Shown in pieces: positions 1 through 7,890 of a stretch of DNA of 20,043 bases. Made by a program: the position numbers and the translations under genes. This DNA is from Archangium sp. Its GTDB lineage: Bacteria; Myxococcota; Myxococcia; Myxococcales; Myxococcaceae. Below the pieces are notes generated by a model. That model saw only the letters and a program-made list of their open reading frames with translations. It did not search any database and was not told the origin of the DNA. Where the stretch lies: positions 1 to 20,043 of the forward strand of contig JANLPS010000475.1 of NCBI GenBank assembly GCA_031367385.1, read 5' to 3'. Each line of letters starts with the position of its first letter. Position 1 is the stretch's first letter.

Positions 1-3000
1 GTTGCGGGTGTCAACGTCGGTGACGCCAGTGAGCGTCACCGCCTGATCAGCCGTGTAGTTCATCGCGGTGAAGGTGAGGGTAGTGGGCGTGACGTCGATC
101 GCTCCGGGGTCAGAAGAAGCGAGCGTGACCGTCACGTCGGCCGTGGGAGCAAACGCCAAGTGCACATTGAACGACCCGGTAGCGCCCCCTTCGGTCAGCG
201 CAACCGAGGTGGGGTTGACCACGAACGACTGCGCGTCGTCATCAATCACAGTGACCAGCGCATTCGCGTCGGCCGCGCCGGCGCCGGTGAAGGTCAGGGT
301 CACGCTTTCGTTCAACAGGTCGACGTCTTGCTGACCCGAGATAGTGACCGTTTGCGGAGTCGCGAAGTTCACCGGGGTGAAATTGAAGGTGGTCGGCGAG
401 GCAGTCGCCTTCAGGGCGTTCGACGACGCTACCGTCAGGCTCACGTTGCTCAGCGGTTGAAAGCCAAGCGCCACGGTCAGCGTCGCGGTGCCCCCTTCGT
501 TCACCGTGACGTTCGGCGCGCTCAAGCTGATCGCTTGCGTGTCGTTGTCGGTCACGTTCACCGTGACCAGGGTGTTGGCGATCGACGCGCTGCTCAGGGT
601 GACGGTCACGACCTCATTGGCGAGGTTGATGTCTTGAACACCGGTGAGGGTCACCGTCTGCGGGGTGCTGTAGTTCGTGGCGTCGAAGCTCAGGGTGGTG
701 GGCGAGACCGTCGCCGAGCCGCCGTTCGACGAGCTGAGGTTGACTGACACCGAGCTCAACGGGTTGAAGGCCAGGCGAACCGTGAAGGTGGCGGTGCCGC
801 CCTCATTGAGCGCCACGGTGCTCGCCGAGGCCACGATCGCTTGGGTGTCATCGTCGGTCACAGTGACGGTGACAGTGCGCGACGCCAGGCTCGCTGACGA
901 GGCGGTGATCGCCACCGACTCGTTCGCGACGTCGTTGTCTTGCACGCCAGTCACGCTGACCGGCTGAGGCACGTTCCAGTTCACCGAAGTGAAGGTCAGC
1001 GAAGCCAGCGAAACAGTGACTGCACCGGTGTCGGTCGAGAGAACGTTGACGGTCACGTTGCTGCTGGGCTGGTTGGTGAGGCTCACCGAGAAGCTCCCGG
1101 CGGCGCCGCCTTCGGTGATCGCCACCGTGCTCGGCGAGACCACGATGTTCTGGGTATCGCGATCGGTGACCGTCACCGCGACCGCGCCGGCGGTGATGCC
1201 GGTAGCGGTGAGAGTGATGTTCGCGGTGTCGTTGGTCAGGTTGGCGTCGATCACACCCGACACCGTGACCGGCTTCGGAGTGGCGTAGTCGGCCGCGTTG
1301 AAGGTCAGCGTCACCGGCGAGGCGGTGGCGACCAAAGCGTTGCTGGTGCCGATGGTCACCGTCACCGTGCCTGCCGGCTGAAAGGCCAACGCGAGGCCAA
1401 AGGTGCCCGTGGCGCCTTCAGTCACGGTGAGGCTGCTCGCAGCGGCGAACGCTTGGGTGTCGTTGTCGGTGACGTTTGCAGTCACCACCACCGAGGCTGC
1501 GACCGGCGACGCAAGCGTCACCGAGACCGACTCGTTGGCCAGGTTCACGTCTTCGACACCGCTGAGCGTGATGGTGCGAGGCACGCTCCAGTTGCTCGAG
1601 TCGAAGGTCACGGTGCCGGGTGACGCAGTCAGTGAGCTGGTGTTGCCCGAGCTCACCGTGAGGTTCACCGATGCTCCGGGGTCGTAGGCCAGCCGGGCCG
1701 TGAAGGTCGCGGTGCCGCCTTCGCCGACCGCCACGGTCGACGAGCTCACTTGAATCGCCTGGGTGTCGTTGTCGGTGACACTGACCGAGACCGACTGACT
1801 GGTGAGGCCGGTCGCGCTGCCGGTGACCGTCACCGTCTCGTTGGCCACGTTGTTGTCTTCAATCGCCGTCACGGTGACGGTCTGGGGAGTCGCCCAGTTG
1901 ACCGTCGTGAAGGTCACCGTGGCGGGGCTCGCGGTCACCGAGGTCGGCCTCGATGAGGTGAGCGTCACCACCACGTTGCTGCTCGGCTGCTGGGTGAGAA
2001 CGGCGGCGAAGGTGCCGGCCGCGCCTCCTTCAGTCAGTGCCAACGACCCGGGCGTGAGAGAGAGGTTCAGTACGTCGTCATCGGTCACCGTGATCCCGAC
2101 GTTGGCGTCGGCCAGGTTCGAAGACGACAGGGTCAGCGTGGCGACTTCGTTCGTGACGTTGGCGTCTTGCACGCCGGTGACCGTCACGGTCTGAGGCGTG
2201 GCGTAGTTCGCCGGCGTGAACACCAGCGTCGCCGGAGCCGCGGTCGCGGCCAGCGCGTTCGAGGTGGCAATCGCGATCGTGACGTTGGCCACGGGCTGAA
2301 AGGCCAGCGCCGTGGTGAAGGTGCCGGTGGCGCCTTCGCCGACGGTGAGCGACGCGGGGCTGACCACGATGGTCTGGGTGTCGTTGTCGACGACAGCGAC
2401 CGATACTTGGGCAGGGGTCAAACCGGGGGTCGACGCGGTCACCAACACCGCTTCATCGACCAGGTTGACGTCTTCAACGCCGTTGAGCGTCACGCTTTGA
2501 GCGACGTTCCAGTTGGTTGAGTCGAAGGTCACCGTGCCGGGGGTGGCCGTAATCGAGCCGGTGTTCGACGAGGTGACCGTGATGCTGACGGTGCTGCTCG
2601 GGTTGTAGGCCAGCCGCAGGGTGAAGCTGCGGTTCGCGCCTTCGTTCACCGTGAGGGCGAGCGGGGTCGCCAGAATGGCTTGCACGTCGTCATCGGTCAC
2701 GCTGACCGTGACGCTTCGCGAAGCAACGCCGGTCGCGGCGGCAGTGACGGTGACCGACTCATTGGCGACGTTGTTGTCTTGCACCGCGGTGACGGTGACC
2801 GTCTGCGCGGTTGCATAGTTGGCCGTGGTGAAGGTGAGGGTGGCCGGCGAGATGGTCGCGGCGGCGGTGTTGCTCGAGGTGAGGCTGACGGTCACATTCG
2901 CCGTCGGCTGCTGGGTCAACGCCACCGTGAAGGTGCCCGGCGTGCCGCCTTCAGTCACCGACAGGCTGGTCGGCGTGAGCGCGATGTTGAGCACGTCGTC

Positions 3001-4500
3001 GTCGGTCACCGACACGGCGACGGTGGCGCTGGCCAGGCCGGTCGAGGCGACGGTGATGGTGGTGTTCTCGCTCACCGTGTTCGCATCTTGCGGAGCGTTG
3101 ACCGTCACGGTCTGCGGCGCTGCGTAGTTTGCAGGGGTAAACGTCAACGTCGCAGGCGAGGTCGTGGTGGCAGCGGTATTCGAGCTGCTCAGCGTCACGG
3201 TGACGTTGCCGGCGGGCTGGTAGGCGAGCTGAACTGCGAAGGTTGCGCTCGCCCCCTCGAGAACCGTAAGGGTCTGGGCGCTGACCAACAGCGCCTGGGA
3301 GTCGTCATCGTGCACGGTCACAGGCACCGTCACCGACGCGAGGCCGGTGGCCGATACGGTGAGGGTCAGCGTCTCATCGAGGAGATCGGCGTCGTCAACT
3401 GGAGCGACGGTGACGTCTTGCGCGGTGTCCCAGGTGGTGGCGGTGAAGGTCAGGGTTTGGGTCGACGGTGCGGCCGCGGTGGCGTCGCTGGTCGCGATGG
3501 TGACCACCACGTCAGCCGAGGGTTGGGCGGTCAGCTTCACCGCGAGGGTACCGGTCGTACCGCCCTCGTTCAGCGCCAGGGTGGTCGGGGTGACCGAGAG
3601 GGCCACGGTATCGAGATCGACGACCGTGACTTGCACCGTGCGGCTGGTGAGGCCGGTGGCCGCGGCGGTGATCGTGACCATCGCGTTGGTCGCGTCGTCA
3701 TCTTTCACGCCAGTGACCGTCACCGTCTGGGCGGTGCCAGAGTTGGCAGCGGTAAACGTGAGCGTGGCGGGGCTGACGGTCGCGGCGCTGCCGCTCGAGG
3801 TCAAGGTGACGGTGGTGTCGGCAGTCACGGCCGAGTTCATCTTGACGGTGAAGGTACCCGTCGCCCCTTCGTTGATGCTGAGGGTCGTGGGCGTGAGCGT
3901 GAAACCCGGCATGTCGCGGTCGGCGACAGTGACGGTGACGGTCTGGCTGGCGACACCGGTCGAGGCGACGGTAATCACCGAGGTATCGTCAACCGTGTTC
4001 GCGTCTTGCACGCCGCTGACGGTCACAGTCTGCGCGGTGCCGAAGTTGTCGGGAGTGAAGGTGAGCGTCGCCGGCGCAACCGTCGCGGCCGCCGCGTTCG
4101 CCGAGGTCACCGACACCGAGACGTTCGCGCCCGGGCGACGGGCGAGCTTCACGGTGAAGGCGCCAGTGGCGCCTTCGTTGACGGCGAGCGTCGTGACATC
4201 GACGTTGAGCGCCTGCACGTCTTTGTCCTTGACGGTCACCGCGATGGAGGCCGTTTGGTCTCCAGCCTTGAGCGAGATCGTCGCCGACTCATTGGCGACG
4301 TCGTCGTCAGCGACCGCGGTGACGGTCACCGTTTGGTGCGTCGCAAAATTGTTCGCGTCGATGGTGATTGAGGCGGGGCTGACGGTCACTGCGCCGGTAT
4401 CAGATGACGACAAGTTGACGGTCACCGGAGCAGACGGCGCGGCGTCGAACCAGACCGTGAACGTGGTCGGAGCGCCGCCTTCGGTCAGCGATAGGCTGAG
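1..4500 (-). repeat. Intragenic tandem array of ~306-bp (~102-aa) degenerate domain repeats
   Basis: The EG motif recurs at about 4477, 4171, 3866, 3563, 3254, 2948, 2639, 2333, 2027, 1718, 1414, 1108, 800, 494 and 188 (15 copies, spacing about 303-309 bp). Confidence 0.9.
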
Positions 4501-4605
4501 CGGGTCGTACGTCAGCTTGCCTCCCGTGCTCGACGAGCTGCAGCTCACCGCAGCGAATACCACTGCGAAAAGGGCCATCTGCACTGAAGCAGTTCGTCGC
4601 ATCAT
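1..4605 (-). CDS. Giant repetitive surface lipoprotein (putative adhesin) with ~15 tandem Calx-beta/Ig-like domains; 3' end lies outside the window
   Basis: Manual translation from ATG 4605 (or 4602) gives MMRRTASVQMALFAVVFAAVSC-SSSSTGGK..., a signal peptide with a lipobox-like Cys; GGAG lies just upstream. The same frame reads NYTADQAVTLTGVTDVDTRN at positions 60..1. The ORF track lists no minus ORF from 4605, which is consistent with no internal stop. Recurring motif: EGxxxxFTVxLxxxPxxxVTVxxxS...LTFTxxN(Y/W/F)xxxQTVTVTGVxD...VTVxDxD. Confidence 0.9.
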   Translation of the reverse strand, partial: MMRRTASVQMALFAVVFAAVSCSSSSTGGKLTYDPLSLSLTEGGAPTTFTVWFDAAPSAPVTVNLSSSDTGAVTVSPASITIDANNFATHQTVTVTAVADDDVANESATISLKAGDQTASIAVTVKDKDVQALNVDVTTLAVNEGATGAFTVKLARRPGANVSVSVTSANAAAATVAPATLTFTPDNFGTAQTVTVSGVQDANTVDDTSVITVASTGVASQTVTVTVADRDMPGFTLTPTTLSINEGATGTFTVKMNSAVTADTTVTLTSSGSAATVSPATLTFTAANSGTAQTVTVTGVKDDDATNAMVTITAAATGLTSRTVQVTVVDLDTVALSVTPTTLALNEGGTTGTLAVKLTAQPSADVVVTIATSDATAAAPSTQTLTFTATTWDTAQDVTVAPVDDADLLDETLTLTVSATGLASVTVPVTVHDDDSQALLVSAQTLTVLEGASATFAVQLAYQPAGNVTVTLSSSNTAATTTSPATLTFTPANYAAPQTVTVNAPQDANTVSENTTITVASTGLASATVAVSVTDDDVLNIALTPTSLSVTEGGTPGTFTVALTQQPTANVTVSLTSSNTAAATISPATLTFTTANYATAQTVTVTAVQDNNVANESVTVTAAATGVASRSVTVSVTDDDVQAILATPLALTVNEGANRSFTLRLAYNPSSTVSITVTSSNTGSITATPGTVTFDSTNWNVAQSVTLNGVEDVNLVDEAVLVTASTPGLTPAQVSVAVVDNDTQTIVVSPASLTVGEGATGTFTTALAFQPVANVTIAIATSNALAATAAPATLVFTPANYATPQTVTVTGVQDANVTNEVATLTLSSSNLADANVGITVTDDDVLNLSLTPGSLALTEGGAAGTFAAVLTQQPSSNVVVTLTSSRPTSVTASPATVTFTTVNWATPQTVTVTAIEDNNVANETVTVTGSATGLTSQSVSVSVTDNDTQAIQVSSSTVAVGEGGTATFTARLAYDPGASVNLTVSSGNTSSLTASPGTVTFDSSNWSVPRTITLSGVEDVNLANESVSVTLASPVAASVVVTANVTDNDTQAFAAASSLTVTEGATGTFGLALAFQPAGTVTVTIGTSNALVATASPVTLTFNAADYATPKPVTVSGVIDANLTNDTANITLTATGITAGAVAVTVTDRDTQNIVVSPSTVAITEGGAAGSFSVSLTNQPSSNVTVNVLSTDTGAVTVSLASLTFTSVNWNVPQPVSVTGVQDNDVANESVAITASSASLASRTVTVTVTDDDTQAIVASASTVALNEGGTATFTVRLAFNPLSSVSVNLSSSNGGSATVSPTTLSFDATNYSTPQTVTLTGVQDINLANEVVTVTLSSASIANTLVTVNVTDNDTQAISLSAPNVTVNEGGTATLTVALGFQPLSNVSLTVASSNALKATASPTTFNFTPVNFATPQTVTISGQQDVDLLNESVTLTFTGAGAADANALVTVIDDDAQSFVVNPTSVALTEGGATGSFNVHLAFAPTADVTVTLASSDPGAIDVTPTTLTFTAMNYTADQAVTLTGVTDVDTRN

Positions 4606-5041
4606 GAGTCTCCGGAGATTGTGTTTCGAGAAATTGAAGGGGCGCTTTTGTGCGCGCTGAAAAGCGGGCGGATGGTCGCGATCGCGAGCTGACCTGTCAA
4701 CAGATTGTTTGCGCGACCGAAGAAAAATCTAGCGACAGCGATGTAGTCGCATGAAGGTAAAGAGCGCTGAGCAACTCGATGGCCGCAGTCAGAAGCCCGC
4801 TGATTCTGCGACGAGCACTTCGCCGGCTTCGGGGGCCACCGCTGAGCTGGCCGAGCGCTCTGCCCGTGCGACAGAGCCGTCTGGAGAGATACGGTGGCTG
4901 CGTTCGGAGCCATTGGAGAGCACTCAGCGATCAGCCTTTGAACCCACCGAGTGCAAATGGAGCTTGCCCTGTCGGCGCCACCGTCAGAAGTGATCCCCGC
5001 CGAGCTTCAAAATCCGCCACGCTGGCTTGCTGACGAGCGCA

Positions 5042-7816
5042 ATGACCCCCGACGACTCAGCCATCACCAGAAAGATCACCCCGGTGCCCGGCGAGGTCGA
5101 GGGGGTGCTGGCTGCCGGTGCCGAGGTGCAGAAGTACGTCATTCTCGGTCAGGTCGGCAAAGGCGCGATGGGCGTCGTCTACTCCGCGTGGGATCAACGG
5201 CTCGCTCGGCGCATCGCCCTCAAGTTCTTGACGCGCACTGCGAGCGCGGCAGGCGAGGCGCGCTTCTACGATGAGGCGCGGGCGATGGCGCAGCTCTCGC
5301 ACGCCAACGTGATCAGCGTCTTCGAGGTGGGCCGGTGGCAGAACCGCCTCTTCATCGCCATGGAGTTCGTCGAGGGCATGACCTTGCGCGCCTGGCTCTC
5401 GACGCCGCGTACCTGGCGCGAGATCGTCGACCTGTTCTTGCAGGTCGGAGAAGGCCTCGCGGCCGCGCACCAAGCCGGCATCGTGCACCGCGACTTGAAG
5501 CCCGACAACGTGCTGATCGACGAGCGTGGCCATGCCTCGGTGGGTGACTTCGGTGTTGCCGGGTCGACGCTCCAGAGCGACCCCGAGCCGCAGCCGCAAG
5601 CCACCCCCTTGGGCGGCACGCCCTCGTACATGGCTCCCGAGCACTTGCGACAGCAGCGTGCCGACGAGCGGTCTGATCAATTCGCCTTCTGTGTCGCCCT
5701 GTATGAGGCCCTCGTCGGCCACAGACCCTGGTCTGGCGCCAGCCTCGAGGCCCTCATCACGAACGTCGAGACGCAGCCCGCCACCGTGCCCCGCGCTGCC
5801 AGGGTGCCGGCGTTCGTCGTGAAGGTGCTGCTGCGCGGGCTGCAGCCGAAGGCAGAAGATCGCTTCGAGTCAATGCGTGCGCTGCTGAAGGCCCTGCGCC
5901 ACGACCCGGGGCTGAACCGACGCAGGCTCGCGCTCGCCGCCATGCTCAGCGTGGCGCTTGGCCTCGTCTTGTACGATGGCGTGCAGAAGCGCCGGGCGCT
6001 CGAGTGCCGCGGAGCGCCCGATCAACTGGCCGACGCGTGGAGCCCCACCTCGGCCGATGCGATACGCAGCTCGTTTCTCGCCACCCAGGTCTCATACGCA
6101 GCCGACACTTCGACCCTCGTCACCGACCGCCTGTCGGAGTACGCCGGCCAGTGGTCGCGCGCCCACGTCGCCGCTTGCGAGGCCACTCGAAGAGGCGAAC
6201 AGTCGCCCGCGTTGCTCGACTTGCGCATGATCTGCCTCGATCGCCGCCGACAAGAGCTCAAGGGGCTCGCGGCCTCGCTCATGCGCGCCGATGCCTCGCT
6301 CATCGAGCGCGCCACCGCCGCGGTCGACGGCTTGGTGCCCATCGCTTCGTGCGCTCAGACCGCGGAGATGGCGTCGGTGGCTCCCTTACCGGCCGATGCC
6401 CACAAGCGAGCGGAGATCGAGCTGCTCGGCCGAAGGCTCTCCGCGGGCGCCGCGTTGCAGCTCACCGGCCAGTACGCCCAGATGCGCGAGCTGGCGCTCG
6501 ACGTGGTCGCGCAAGCAACCGCGCTTGGGTACCGGCCGCTCGAGGCCGAGGCGCAGTGCGCGCTCGCCGATGCAGAGACGGGCTTGGCGAACATGAGCGC
6601 AGCGGCCAAGGCCGGCCGGGCGTGCTCGCTCGCCGCGGCGGCGGGCGGTGTCGATCGCCTCGTCGCGATCGCCGAGGCCCGCAACATCGGGGCGACCGCG
6701 GTGCAGAACCAGCTCGATGAGGCGATGGCCCACGCCGATGCGGCTCGCGCCTCGATCGAGCGTTTGGGCCAGCCTCCCGAGCTGCTGGCGCTGCTCGAAA
6801 GCAACCTGGCGGCCATTTTTTGGCGCAGTGGTCGTTACGACCAGGCGCTCGCCGAGCTTGAGAGAGCCGACGCGCACTACCAGCAAACACCCGATCGCAC
6901 GCCTCGTCAGCGCGTGCTGGTGCTCAAGAACGCCGCGTCGCTGCTCGCGCAGGCAGGCCGGTCGCAGGAGGCGATGGTCAAGGGCCAGGAGGCGGTGAAG
7001 CTCGCCGTCGCGGCCGTCGGGCCTCAGCACCCACTGGTCGGCACCGCCTCCCATGGGCTGGCCTGTGCTCAGCTCGAGGCCGATCGCGCGCAGGAGGCGT
7101 ACCTGAGCGAGCAGAAGAGCCTCGAGCTGCTCGAGAACGCACTGGGGCCGAAGAACATCCGTCTGTGCCCACCCCTGCTGACGATGAGCGAGATTCTGCG
7201 AGAGCTGGGGCGCACCCAGGAAGGTGTGGCCTTCGCCGAGCGCGGGCTCGCGGTCGAGGTTGAGAACCTCGGCAAAGAACACCCAGACGTCGCCATCTCG
7301 CGGCGGGTGCTGGGCAGCATGTACACCTCGGTCGGGCGCTTCGCCGAAGCCGAGGTCGAGCTGAACGACGCCATTGTGCTGCTGGAGCGCACCTTGAAGG
7401 CCACGCACCCGGAGGCGATCGAAGCGAGCTTGAACCTGTCGGAGCTGGCGGCCGCTCGGCATCGGTTCCCTCAGGCCCTCGAGCTCGCGAACAGGGCGCT
7501 GAAGGGCCTCGACGCGGCCCACGATGCGCGTGATGGGGCGCTGCGAAAGCGCGTGCTGCTCGCCCGCGGCGAGGCCCAGCTGGGGAGTGCTCCGCAGAGC
7601 GCCATCATCGATCTCGAACGGGCCCTCGAGCTTGATCACCAATTTCCGAACACGGCACAATTTCGCGCTCAGGTGCAGGGCGCGCTGGCGGTGGCGCTCA
7701 AGAAGAACAAGAGCAGTGACTCCCAACGAATCAGCGCGCTCGCCACCAGCGCGTACCCGCTGCTCGTGGGCCGAGACCCCGACCGCGCCAAGGCACTCGA
7801 GGCATTGATCAGATAG
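5042..7816 (+). CDS. Hanks-type Ser/Thr protein kinase with central TM helix and C-terminal TPR repeats
   Basis: Kinase motifs GKGAMGVV, ALK, HRDLKPDN, DFG and GTPSYMAPE. Hydrophobic segment LALAAMLSVALGLVLY. TPR-like repeats (GPQHPLV, LGKEHPDVA, THPEAI). ATG 5042 is preferred over TTG 5027; the start is uncertain. Confidence 0.93.
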   Translation: MTPDDSAITRKITPVPGEVEGVLAAGAEVQKYVILGQVGKGAMGVVYSAWDQRLARRIALKFLTRTASAAGEARFYDEARAMAQLSHANVISVFEVGRWQNRLFIAMEFVEGMTLRAWLSTPRTWREIVDLFLQVGEGLAAAHQAGIVHRDLKPDNVLIDERGHASVGDFGVAGSTLQSDPEPQPQATPLGGTPSYMAPEHLRQQRADERSDQFAFCVALYEALVGHRPWSGASLEALITNVETQPATVPRAARVPAFVVKVLLRGLQPKAEDRFESMRALLKALRHDPGLNRRRLALAAMLSVALGLVLYDGVQKRRALECRGAPDQLADAWSPTSADAIRSSFLATQVSYAADTSTLVTDRLSEYAGQWSRAHVAACEATRRGEQSPALLDLRMICLDRRRQELKGLAASLMRADASLIERATAAVDGLVPIASCAQTAEMASVAPLPADAHKRAEIELLGRRLSAGAALQLTGQYAQMRELALDVVAQATALGYRPLEAEAQCALADAETGLANMSAAAKAGRACSLAAAAGGVDRLVAIAEARNIGATAVQNQLDEAMAHADAARASIERLGQPPELLALLESNLAAIFWRSGRYDQALAELERADAHYQQTPDRTPRQRVLVLKNAASLLAQAGRSQEAMVKGQEAVKLAVAAVGPQHPLVGTASHGLACAQLEADRAQEAYLSEQKSLELLENALGPKNIRLCPPLLTMSEILRELGRTQEGVAFAERGLAVEVENLGKEHPDVAISRRVLGSMYTSVGRFAEAEVELNDAIVLLERTLKATHPEAIEASLNLSELAAARHRFPQALELANRALKGLDAAHDARDGALRKRVLLARGEAQLGSAPQSAIIDLERALELDHQFPNTAQFRAQVQGALAVALKKNKSSDSQRISALATSAYPLLVGRDPDRAKALEALIR

Positions 7817-7835
7817 TTGCGAAAGGGGGGGGCGC

Positions 7836-7890
7836 GATGTGCGTCTTCGTCACCCGTCGCCTGCACCCCCGCGACCGCCGCCTCTTTGAC
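7836..7890 (-). pseudogene. Frameshifted remnant paralogous to the hypothetical gene at 11427-11819
   Basis: Translates as VKEAAVAGVQAT, one extra G, then VTKTHI. Positions 11555-11502 translate as VKEAAVEGVEAT-ATKTQL. 13 of 18 residues are identical and most DNA differences are at third codon positions. Confidence 0.65.

Noticed and set aside
1..4500. Possible CRISPR array or non-coding tandem repeat
   Set aside because: The repeats are ~306 bp, degenerate at the DNA level and conserved as protein. There are no identical short repeats with unique spacers.
68..4660. Many plus-strand ORFs (e.g. 2680-4371, 3347-4660), rich in Val/Thr or Arg/Gly/His
   Set aside because: They are antisense shadows of the repetitive minus-strand lipoprotein gene, which has the signal peptide, RBS and domain motifs.
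4606..5041. Small ORFs and short palindromes (CGCTTTT/AAAAGCG 4643-4666; TCGCGATCGCGA 4676-4687) as a possible sRNA or riboswitch
   Set aside because: The ORFs have no recognisable motif, the palindromes are short, and no known RNA motif was recognised. Treated as an ordinary divergent promoter region.
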